Positions 43,613 through 54,555 of a DNA stretch of 64,000 nucleotides are shown here, one piece after another. The DNA is from Vicugna vicugna (Eukaryota). Numbering within the stretch: position 1 is the first letter of the stretch; each line of letters starts with the position of its first letter. A program made the position numbers and the translations under genes. Under the pieces are notes generated by a model. That model saw only the letters and a list, made by a program, of their open reading frames with translations, ran no database searches and was not told where the DNA came from. Where the stretch lies: contig MU058252.1 of assembly GCA_013265495.1 (NCBI GenBank), positions 124,001 to 188,000 on the forward strand, written 5' to 3'.

Positions 43613-44359
43613 TAGAATCGTAATCTAGTTGAAACCCCACCATGGAGCACGTTTTTTTCTTAAAGTGCCACACAGCAATTCATCAAAGCTTTTCTGACTT
43701 TCTGGGCTCCTAACATCTCTTCTATGCCCCTTTTCCACATGATCTGTTCATCTATTGGCTCTGAAAACAGAACAGGAGCCCCCGCTGTACACCAGGCCGT
43801 GTATTGGTCTCTGTATACTTGAAGAAACTAAGACAAGTGTCCCTGACCTCGAAGAAGCATTTAGAAGAGACAGACCTGTGAACAGAGGGTTACAAAGCAG
43901 TGTGAGAATGCCATGGGGGGGGGCTGCTGGGGGAGAAGGGTTGAAAGAGGGGCCTTGGCATTGACCCTTGAAAGAAAGAGCTCAGTCAGTGAATGAGGAG
44001 AGTGAGAGAGCTTTCAGACCAGGGAACGGCATGGGCCAAGGCCCGGAGGCCCCTTCAGTTCAGCCTGATTCGGAATGGCTGGAGCACAGGACTGAGCGAT
44101 GGCAAACTGGAGGTGAGAGGGTATTCCGAGAACAAAAGGAAGATTAGGGCTGGGCCTCAAGGGGTGTTTAATGCCAACAAATAGTATAAGTGTTACCCAG
44201 TCGGCAGTAAGACCCCATCAAAGCAGGGAAGGGGCCACGATCAGATTCGTGTCCTTGCAAAACCATGAAGAACAGATGGGAGAGGTTCCAGAGGAGAGTC
44301 GGGCGTCTGGGCGCTGTCGTAATTTCCAGGTACAAATCACGGGGGTTTAAATATGGATC

Positions 44360-44580
44360 GATGGTTCGCAACAGGATGGCAGCTTTGCCCCTCAGGAGAG
44401 ATTTATCAATGTTTGAAGACAGTTTTAGTTGTCACAACTGGAGGCAGGGGATGGAGGGTGAGGGTGCCACTGGCATCTAGTGAGTAGAGGCCAGGGATGC
44501 TGTTAAACATCTTGTGATGCACAGGACAGCCGCATAACAAAGAATCAGCAGGCTCAAAATATCAGTAGTGCCAGACCCTC
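44360..44580. mobile_element. MER20 hAT DNA transposon
   Basis: Diagnostic CTGGCATCTAGTGAGTAGAGGCCAGGGATGCTGTTAAACATC ... AAATATCAGTAGTGCC. Confidence 0.85.
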
Positions 44581-45577
44581 CTGATAACAGTGGTAGAGGT
44601 TTCCCTTTGCGAGCCAGCCTTCCCCAGTCAGGGAGGACGGCTGTGACCGAGGCGTCACTAGCCTAGAGAGCTGATCGGGCGCTTTTGCTGGCGCAGGCAC
44701 CTGGGGAACTCTTTCTTTCCTGGGGTTCCATGGAAACAATCATGCTCTCTAGATTATCTCCAATGATCTCTGATGTGTTGCGGCTTTCTGAAAGCAAAAT
44801 ACTAAGCGTTAGCCATGAGGAAGCAGTGAGCTGCGATCTCCGGACACCAAATCCGCCTTCACATGTACGCTCCCCTCCCCGAGACCGAACAGCCTGTCCC
44901 CGACGGCATCGTCATCCCCAGGACCACTGCTTCTGCGCCTTCAAGGGAGGCAGGCGGCCCAGAACACGGTCTATGCTCAAGTGCTGTCTGGAATTGTCAC
45001 CAATCATTAACTCTAAAAGGAGGGAAATCATAAATCAAGGTCCTCACCTCCGAAATCAAGGTCATGTACAGGAGGGACCAGCAGCCAGACAGAGACTGTG
45101 CTGAGCTGGGGCAAAGAGCAGGAGGCAAGGCAGCAGATTCCAAATTGCAGAATTCCACACCTCACTTCCCTCCACCTGTGCCGGCAGCCGCAGCCTCACC
45201 CAGCGTTTCTGCCTGAGGGTCCTTTCATCTCACTTTCCTCAGGGTGGTTCTTAAAGACGTCTTTCTCCCTGGTCTCCATGGCATTCCCTCAAGTCCCTCC
45301 CCTTCATCCCACTTTTCTGGAGAAGTGCACAAGGGCCTCCTGGTTATAACCGCCTCTTCCCGGACGCCCCCACCTCCGCCTTCCTCGACAGCAGACTTGG
45401 CCCAGGACTCCCACCCTCCTCTGCGTCCTGGGAACCCACTACCTACCTCAGCTCTGCGGCTCTGCTCCTACCTGTCCCCAGCCTAGAACATCTTCCTCCT
45501 CCGTCCCTCGCACATCCCAAGACACCACTCGGCTCTCCTCTGGACCAGGCATCTGCACGTTGGGGCAGGTGAAGACA

Positions 45578-46023
45578 GTGTGCTGGGTGGATAGAGTCTA
45601 AATTCTTGTTCTTCCTGGGACCTCAGAACGTGCCCTTATTTGGAAATAAGATCATTACAGGTTTAATTATCTAAAAATGAAGTCATACTGGAGTAGGGTG
45701 GGCCCTTAATTCAATGATTGGTGTCCTTATAAGAAGAGGGGAGACACAGGCACACAGGGGGGCCCAGGGGACCATCGGGGCAGAGACTGGAGTGGTGTGT
45801 CTACCAGCCAAGGAGCCAAGGGATGCCAAGGATTGCTGGCAACACCAGAAGCTGCAAGAGGCAAGGAAGGGTCCTCCCCTAGAGGTTCCAGAAGAAGCCT
45901 GGCCCTGCCAGCACCTTGATTTCAGACTGCCCACCTCCAGAACTGTGAGAGAGTACACATCTCTTGTTTTAAATTACCCAGTGTGTGGCACACTGTAACG
46001 TCTAACACAGAGGAACCCAAACA
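45578..46023 (+). mobile_element. MaLR MLT1 (B/C-like) LTR
   Basis: CCTTATTTGGAAATAAG...GGGTGGGCCCTTAATTCAATGA...CACCTTGATTTCAGACT...CTCCAGAACTGTGAGA. Confidence 0.85.
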
Positions 46024-46779
46024 GCACCCCAGGCCTTGAGAAGCTTCTGTATCCTGCAGGACTTGCCCTCGGGCATAACTCGAGTGGCACTTATTCTGTG
46101 CTGCCTTGTAATACGATCTTTCTAGGTGCGTTTTGTGTGCTCCTTCAAATAAAGAAGTGAAATCTGTCCACGACTCCAGAACTGTGAGAGAGTACACATC
46201 TCTTGTTTTAAATTACCCAGTGTGTGGCACACTGTAACGTCTAACACAGAAGAACCCAAACAGAACCTCCCTGCCCTCACCATCCTTCTTCCTCCAGGGG
46301 GGAGCCCTGCAGTCGTTCCTGCCCCCAAGGCCGCCTCTACCCTGCAGTGATGCCCTGAAGCCACCCATCCTTTCTTCTCAGATGTCTCTTTCATTTATTT
46401 ACAGGTATCCACCGCGGCATTGAGTCAAGCGTGTACCTCAGTTCATGGACGTTATTTTCATCACTGGCCATATAAGGTCTCTCTCTTGCCTTTCTTAGGT
46501 ACCTGTGCACGTGTGTGCACGGGTGAGCGTGTGTGTGGCTTCTCTCTACCAAACTCTTCCGTCTCTGGTTCTCCATTTACACATGGGTCACATTCTCTGT
46601 TTTTGAAGTTGATGTCAGTCACCACCAGCCTCTGTCTTTGTCCATATATTTGCTTCAGGTGAGACTTCTTGCAGCAAATTTCCCCTCATCCTTAGCTCTG
46701 GCCTCTGAAACTCACCACCTACTTTAACAGACTATGGCACAGACAACACTTGTGGAAGATGCCACTGTGGCAGAAGGAA

Positions 46780-46815
46780 TGTTTTCCCTAATAACACCCG
46801 TTATTAGGGAAAACA
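46780..46815. repeat. Perfect 16-bp inverted repeat with 4-nt spacer
   Basis: TGTTTTCCCTAATAAC-ACCC-GTTATTAGGGAAAACA. Confidence 0.95.
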
Positions 46816-47039
46816 GAAGTGAAACAGTGAAACAGTGAAACAATGAAAGAGAAGTGAAAACAGAAGTGAACCCTGGGTGCTGACATGGGAAATGACGGGG
46901 AATTTCTAAACTTGGGTACTTGGATACCAGGAGCCCTCTGCCCTCCGGGCTACGGTTGCCAGCAATTTCCTGTCCCATCCAGTGTGGAACCTCCTGACCT
47001 GCAGGTCACCACCTTGGTCAGCACAGACTGCAGCCTGTC

Positions 47040-47136
47040 CCTCCCTCTAGGGCGGAGTCCAGTAGAGCCATTAAGCTCAAGAAGGAGTCAAAGACCAAGG
47101 CTGGCAGCAGAGGCGAAACCAGAGCAGAGCGCGCAG
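47040..47136 (+). promoter_or_regulatory. AOC1: Probable AOC1 proximal promoter and non-coding exon 1 (donor after 47136)
   Basis: GC box GGGCGG (~47050) and TATA-like CATTAA (~47069); AAGGCTGGCAGCAGAGGCGAAACCAGAGCAGAGCGCGCAG resembles the remembered human AOC1 5'UTR and ends in a strong donor CAG|GTATGT. Confidence 0.65.
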
Positions 47137-47615
47137 GTATGTCTGTCGGGCTATCGGGGAAGAGCCAAGCAGGGGCTGACTGGGAAGTGCGGGAAGCAGG
47201 GAGATGAACACGGAGTGAGGGGTCAGAAGAAACAAAGACATAAGAGGGAGGGAGCCAGAAAGCGAAGAGCAAGAGCTCAGAGGGAGTCACTCCAGGGCAC
47301 AAACTGCCTGGGAGCAAGATAGAAAAGGGGCAGTGAGATGGTAGCTGCTGTTTTCTGGGTCCTGGAGGCAAGCAGTGAGGAGGAGAGAGCATCTTTCATG
47401 TCTCCCAGCATCGCACTCTCGCTGGCTGCCGCATTCTCCCTTCTCCCATGGCTTCATTGCCATCATCCACCTTACCCACTGCCCCCGCAGACATGGGAAC
47501 AGAAGATTGTACTGGGAAAGGTAAAGGGCAAAGGGATAGCCAAGTTTGGGTTAAAGGACTGCAGGTCTCTTCCACATCTCCCTCCTTGGCAAAAAGCAAT
47601 TTGGGGATAAGGGAT

Positions 47616-48122
47616 ATCAATGAAAATTCAATTAACTATCAAGTCAAGAAGAAAAAAAGGGAATTTTATTTGAGCCAAACTGAGGACTATAACCCAAGAA
47701 GCAAATTCTCAGAAAGCTCTGAGAATGGTTCTGCCAGTTAGAAGTCAAATGTACAGTCATGTACATTTTCAAGACAAAAGGATCATTTATCAAAATAACA
47801 CACTGATATTTACATAAAGCTCACCAAGGACACATGGTCCAGGTAAACATGAACAAAACAAGTACCAAGTCACCATGGCACCCTAAGAACTGGGAAAGAA
47901 CGCTATTCTTTTAAGAAGTTACATTGCTAGTGTCAGAAGAAAGAAAAGTGGTCTTTATGATCCAGGAGGCACTCCCATGTTTGAGAAGTTCTGCATAATG
48001 TATAACACAGATGCACAGTGCACACTAGAGAGGGAGGCAGAAGGCTCAAACAAACACAGAGGGAGAATTTTACGGTTAATTTTTTTCTTGTCCTACCTTA
48101 AAATAAAATTTTTATTTCATCA
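47616..48122 (-). repeat. 3' LTR of the provirus
   Basis: Direct repeat of 53508-54012; begins TGATG right after the polypurine tract AAAAAGGGGGAAA on the - strand; left end approximate. Confidence 0.85.
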
Positions 48123-48489
48123 TTTCCCCCTTTTTGATCATTAATCTTTCGATAGAAAGCATTAAGTGAGTGAATATTTGGTTTCCACCCACACCATGCC
48201 AGGGTGGTTGCTCACCTGCCCTGGACCCATCATATCCCCCAGTGCCAAGTCTTAACAGTCCAGTTCTTTCTTTTTGTTTAGAGGATTAAGACAGTAGAAT
48301 GCTTAGCAAGGACTGATAGTCAATTCTAGGTTGACCAATCTGATTCATGCTAATTTTAACTTGTGTGTGCATCGTGCGTGCCTGTTATTCTGTTTGGAGC
48401 TATAGATGTGATCAATAGTTTCAAGTCATTCAGACACCATTATTTTAGGTGGAGTTTTGACATGAAGAGGCACAAGAGATTATTACTCT

Positions 48490-48730
48490 CTAAATGATCT
48501 AGAACACAATCAACACAGCCAACAATAACAAAGTCAGAAGCAGAGATTTAAGCCATGAATCCCCAGACCTGAACCATTTACCCAACATTTCATTCAGACT
48601 AGAAAGGAGGTTCTTCTATGCAGAAATTTGACTTTACACGCAGGTCATTAGTTGGTTATATTAGAGGACTCATCTGGTATGAAAGCACATTATCTGGATT
48701 ATAGCATAAGTTTCCCCCTGCAAAGCAGTT
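48490..48730 (-). pseudogene. ERV env TM remnant
   Basis: ALQGETYAIIQ..FIPDESSNIT (degenerate CX6CC region) followed by the hydrophobic anchor WLKSLLLTLLLLAVLIVF. Confidence 0.7.
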
Positions 48731-49224
48731 TTAAAAATCAAGAGTCATTGGTTTGGCAACATTGCTTTCTCATAGAAACTTTAGAACTGAGTAAGTTAAT
48801 TGAATGTAGTAAACAATCATGGAGGTCTGTGCTGATGGGGAAACATTTTGCAGATTATAGAAACATCTGAAAAGTCAGTGACAAGAATTATAAGGGGCTT
48901 CTATCAACTGTACTGACTGAGAAATTTGATGACAAATCCAACAATCAGTTAAATTGCCTCCAGTAGCTATACTTTGTCACAGTGTTACTAAAAAGCTTTC
49001 TTTCCATCCTAAACATTGAGCCAAAAACATAGCTTGAAATACAACAGTAACTTTTGATTTTGATAGACATTTGGCAAACAGTACAACTGAACTCCTAGGA
49101 TGAGTCTTACAGGTCTGGTCTGGACTCTTGGGCCAGTTGTCTGCTACTGTTGTCATCTTTTTATTGTCCTAGCTTGGTGATGCTTGTCTTAGTTAAAGCC
49201 AAGTGCTAGACACAGAGGTTCAAG

Positions 49225-50135
49225 GTCCATTCAGATGTTGGGCCCTTTTTAAGATGAGAGGTGTGAATTCAGGAATCAATGTTTTTCAGTTTGGCTATGC
49301 ATGCATTAGTTAGTAATGTCTAATAAATTTCTTTCCATTGTGGCTGCAAAGAATCTTTTCTTTGATGTCCTTTCCAATAAACAAAATCTCTAGGTTGTAA
49401 TTCATGATCCTTTTCATCTCCTAGAAGCTCACTGTAAAAGTAGCTACCGATTTTTCTAAGTGTCTCAATAAGACACTGTCAATATTATATTTTCTTTGAA
49501 CCATCATGGGTGAAAGTTTCCAAAATACTGTTTTCCCCATAAAACCATTTTCTCAGATTCCCAGTGGGTTAAAGAATGTGCCTGCTGGCATAATGGCAAT
49601 TGGGCTTCAGTAGACACCATGAGTTTCATTTTGTTTTGTTTTATCAGGTCTAAACCCTACTTGTGTGGTGGGGTCAAAATTCCTCCTTTCTGCTGCCATT
49701 TTTGTTTCTCTTCTTTAGTGGAGATTTCTTGAGCCTGTAGAAAGAAATCTTGTATTGAGTTAGCAGGGCTAACAGAGAGCAGTGGACACTCTCAAAGCTG
49801 GGCAGGATGAAGATTTAAAGCTGACTGCTTGGCTGTGGCATCAGCGAACTGATTTCCTTCAGCTTCCACAGTGTCAGATTTGGAATCCCTGAGATTTTAA
49901 TCATTGATAACTGTCTTGGCAGTGGTATAATGATTAATAACACTGCCACTTGTCTTCTATTTTTTTAATAGGTTGTCCTGAAGAGGTTAAAATTCTCATT
50001 GTTTTCATAGCATCCAAAATTGTGTGCCACTCTACAAGCATAGCAGCTGTCAGTGTATCTGTTACCTGGTCTTCTGCTAGTTGACAAGCTCAGGTTAAAG
50101 CGATTAATTTAGTTTGTTGTGCTGACTTTGTTTCT
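49225..50135 (-). pseudogene. ERV pol remnant (RNase H and integrase C-terminus), disrupted
   Basis: SAQQTKLIALT*ACQLA / YTDSCYA / GNQFADATAKQSA (RNase H); HELQPRDFVYWKGHQRKDSLQPQWK...DS*IHTSHLKK (integrase C-terminal region). Confidence 0.85.
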
Positions 50136-53100
50136 GGTGAATAAAAGCTTTCACTTATGTCCATTGTGGACGCTTTGCATTTTCAGCTCGGTAATGTCCC
50201 TATTCATCCCTGAAGTAGGATCCATCTGTAAATTAAATTAGATCAGCCTTATCAATAGCAGCTTCTTGCAAGTCATTCCAGGAGATAACCTGTTAATAAA
50301 ATGTAGTCCTGGTTGTTTTCTTCCTGGGGTGCTGGAAGCAAAATTGCAGGGTTAGTGTTATTACATTAATCAAGGTAGTATTCGGTGCAGAAAGCAACAG
50401 TAATTCATATGAAGTTAGTTGGCTACAGAACTGTGCTGAGTGTAGTCAGAATTTAGAAGAGACTCAACTGAGTGTCGGGCACAAATTGTTAAAAGAGATC
50501 CTATTACTATTTCTTCAGTAGCCTTATGTGAGAGAGCTGTTTCTGAAATAACCCTCGTATGAGGTGGAACGCCCTTTTGCTGCTGAGTCTAATTTAGTTT
50601 TGGAGCATAAAAGCAAGTCGTCTATAAGCATTTTTGAAAAGCATCAGAGTAAGACAATAACAGTCTATAAATGACAAAAGATGTTAAAAACATATTTAAA
50701 GACCTGAATACAATGCAACTGTCAAGGAAATCTGGCTATTTCTGTAACGGACAGTATTCCAAGATCATAACTAGAATTATGACTGACAACATACCAGGAC
50801 ATTTCAAATTTTGGAACTTCAGATAATTTCTAGAACATTTATGTTAGTAATATTTACCTATACAACTTAAGAAGACTCATTGTTACTCATGTCGCAATGT
50901 TTCTTGTTTAATACATCAAATAATTCTAATTAGTTTAGTATCTCTCTTTGAGATGTTCAGGTGCTCTCTGAAGCATCTCAAAGTCAGCTAGAAGTCAAAA
51001 GAACTTCATTTAGAACTTGATTTGAGAAAGTTTGTCAAAGATATCAAAGGTTTTAAATGTTTGGCCAAGTAGGATCATAAGTGACTGTGAAATAACGCTT
51101 ATCCACTTAACCAAAGCGACAATGAAAGATTTCAAAGTCAAGTGAAGAAAGTTACTGGTAAGGAAACTTTACTACTTGCTATGAAAAGCAGATTAATATT
51201 TCAAGAAAACTCTGTCCTCACAACAGAGGAGAAAACAAGTTCTAGTTTTGTATCATTTCACCTTTAATACTGAAATCAATTTATTTAACTAAATTCAATC
51301 TAATCTTAGTCAGTCTTGACCACGCATGAGACTCTTTTCTCAAGAGTCCCTTTTTAAAATTAATTTCTAGAAATACATGCCATTTCATTTTACAATCTTT
51401 CAATAAAGTGCAAAATATATTTATTAATCATTTCAAACGTATTTAGTTTCTCTGTAATAAGCGGTCAAAAATAGGTAAACATAGACTTCTTTAGCTATTA
51501 ATATTTCAGTATTTTATCTTACTAAAAATGATCTAGACATTCAGTGAATTTCCACCACTTAATTTAATTTAGCAGAACTCTGAAGTTTCAGGTTGCCAAA
51601 AGTCTGGAAAAACTGTTTTTGCGTGGATGTATCATAAAACAGGTTATTCTTAAAGAATTCGCCCAAAAGCTTTTATCCCATTTATCTCTATTTTATTACT
51701 TAGGAAAATATCATCATACCTTTCATCATCTTGTTGACAGAATTTGTAGCACAGATACTATATGCGTATTGATTGTCAGCAAACCTAGGTACAATAAAAG
51801 AATTACACTTAATGCTGATGACTCTAAAGACATGTCTGTGTTAATTAAACCATCAGTTTAAACTTGTTTTTATTCATTAAAAATTAATCCTACATCGCAT
51901 GATGTTTTAAAAATTAGGGCTAGTAGTTGAAGTTACATTTAGAAATATTTGACGTGTAAGCACTTACCTTATTTTCTGAAAACATTTCTTTTTTTAATTG
52001 AAATATAGTTCATGTACAATATTATATAAGTTACAGGTGTACAATATAGCGATTCACAATTTGAAGGGTTCTACTCTATTTATAGTTATTATAAAATGTT
52101 GGCTATGTCCCTTGTGTTGTACAATAAATATATCTTTGTAGCTTATTTTATACATTATAGTATGAACCTCATAATCTTCTATATCACCCCTCCATCTTTC
52201 CTCTCCCTACCGTTAACCACTAGTTTGCTCCATGAGTCTACTGCTTTTTTGTCTTATTCACTACTTTGTTGTAGTAAGCACTTACTTTTAAGTCAGAGCT
52301 CTTTTACAAATTAACTTTGATAACTCTATCAAAGGAGATAGGGACATAGCATATTTATAATGTACCCACAGACATACATATATCCAGACACACACCGACA
52401 GAGGTATCAACATTTTCCTGCTTGAGTTTTAAAGAATCTCTTTCCCTCTTTTTTTCCTCCCTTTTATTTTAAGTCTACTGATTGAGCTAAGGCTGTAGTC
52501 TCAGATGATGTGGGCTGTGTTCACATTTCAAGTTATAATTTCAAGCTTTCTCCTAGGAATACTTTTATTGTCTTGGGGTCAGAATTTTGGAAAGGTGTTT
52601 TATCAAGCTGGCTTTCGGTAGAATGTCAAAAGAGCTCCATCTGGCCATTTAAGAGTTAAGGTAAGTGCTTACAAGCATTGGCTTTGTTCCAACTGTACAC
52701 GATGCCAGCTGGAATTCCAGTGGGTGGCTACCCATCCAGGAGCTGTTCAGCCTTAGAGGCACAGTTTCCTATTATTAACTTGGTAGCCAAATTCAGACAG
52801 GATCTGAACAAACTTCTGAGGGCAGTGTGGTGGGTCCATTGTGTGTCCAGCTCCCCAAGGAGTTACCCTTGGGTTGGTTCAACTCTCTTAAGTGTCTCAG
52901 TTCCTCCCTCCGACAGTCTGAAACTGCTGGGGGTGCTCTGAGCCCTCGGGGATCAGTCTCTATTATGCCTCCCCGGAGAGCAGAATTTACTTAGCGGTTG
53001 TAGAGAGATCCTCTGTGGGACCGCTACACATCATGAGGACTGATTCTCAGACACTTCCGCTGGGTCCTTAGTCACCTGACAATGCCTTGTGGCCGGAAGG

Positions 53101-53489
53101 AGCAGATGTCCCTTTTTCTTTGGAGTTAAGCAGTCTCTCATTTCTAGCAAACAGTTTGTTCAGACTATATAAACATAATATTCCCCATTTAAACCAACTT
53201 TTTAAAAAGGACAGCCAACCCAGTTCACTCCAAAGGTCCCCCTAGGTCCCTGCCTACGGGATGTATACGGGAAATGTTCTGTTACCCACCCCTGGGACTC
53301 CCAAGTCCCAAGGAAAACAGCTCAAGTAGAATTCAGGACATCATTTAAAGCAATGATGCCTGGATGTCAGCAGAGCTCAGCAAGGTCCCTGAGGAGCACC
53401 AACAAGTGGGTGCAGCTAAGAACGCCGGTGCTGGCACAGCACACCGGTCCACGGTGGACGCCACGCGTCCTCTTGGGGGTGTCTCTGAT

Positions 53490-53507
53490 ATTCTGCCAAC
53501 TACGCCA
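53490..53507 (-). promoter_or_regulatory. Retroviral primer-binding site, tRNA-Ser
   Basis: TGGCGTAGTTGGCAGAAT is 16/18 to TGGCGTAGTCGGCAGGAT, the complement of the remembered tRNA-Ser 3' end. Confidence 0.85.
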
Positions 53508-54012
53508 AGAAAATTAACTATTAATTATCAAGTTGAGAAGAAAAAAAGAGAATTTTATTTGAGCCAAACTGAGGATGAACACCCAGGAAGCAGGTTCTCA
53601 GCTCTGAGGACTGTTCTGCCAGTCAGAAATCAAAGGCACAGTCATATACATTTCTGAAACAAAAAAAAAAAGGACCTACATCAAAATGACATCCTGATAT
53701 TGTACATAAAGTTCACCGAGGATGCATAGTCCAGGTAAGCACCAACAAGGCACGTAGCAAGTCACCACAATCCTCTAAACGCTGGGAAAGAAGTTAAGAC
53801 GTTACATTGTTAGCGTCGGAAGAAAGGAAAATAATTAATCTTTAGTGAGTGGATCAGGTCCTCCCACCTTTGAGGCTCTGGTTAACGTGTAACACAGATG
53901 CACATTCCACATGGGGCGGGGAGGGAGGGAAGAGACCCAGCCAAACCCAGGGAGAGAGTTTTCCGTTTAATTTGTTCCTGTCCTGCCTTAAAATACACTT
54001 TTTATTTCATCA
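53508..54012 (-). repeat. 5' LTR of the provirus
   Basis: Begins TGATG at 54012 on the - strand and is followed by the PBS. Confidence 0.85.
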
Positions 54013-54054
54013 GAGGTTATAAAAAAAGGAAAGGAGCTGGCCACGAAAAGACAC

Positions 54055-54555
54055 AGAGGAACTTAAAAACATGTTACTGAGTCAAAGAGGCCAGTCTGAA
54101 AAGGCTGCATCCTGTTGATCCCGACTGCATGACATGCTGGAAAAGGCAAAACTATGGAGACAGTAAAAAGATCAGTGGTTGCCAGGGTTTTCGGGGGAAG
54201 GAGGAGGAGAGGGATGAACAAGTGGCATAAAGAGAATTTTTAGGGCAGTGAAACTGCTTCATATGACACTGTAATGATGGCTACATGGCCTTACACGTTT
54301 GACGAGCCCCACAGAATGTACAACATCAAGAGTGAACCCTGTCGTGAACTATGGCCCTTGGGTGATAATGACATGTCGTTGTAGGTTCACAGATGGTAAC
54401 GAGCACGCCGCTGTGGTGGCGGATGCTGACAGTGCGTGCGGCTACGTGTGTGGTGGGGCGGGGAGGCGGGCAAGAGGCAGAGGGATTGCTCTGCATGTCT
54501 CTCAATTTTGCTGTGAACCTAGAACTGCTCTAAAAGTCTAGTTAAAAAAAAAAAA
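54055..54555 (+). mobile_element. L1MC-type 3' end
   Basis: GGAAAAGGCAAAACTATGGAGACAGTAAAAAGATCAGTGGTTGCCAGGG ... TCAATTTTGCTGTGAACCTAGAACTGCTCTAAAA plus poly(A). Confidence 0.85.

Larger units (their letters stand above)
47616..54012 (-). mobile_element. Decayed class I (ERV1) endogenous provirus with two LTRs, antisense within AOC1 intron 1
   Basis: LTRs ~47616-48122 and ~53508-54012; PBS 53490-53507; PPT 48123-48135; RNase H, integrase C-terminal and env TM remnants on the - strand. Confidence 0.9.

Noticed and set aside
47600..54020. TSD and an intact (co-opted) env for the provirus
   Set aside because: No convincing 4-6 bp TSD could be read, and env and pol have many stops and frameshifts with no long ORF.
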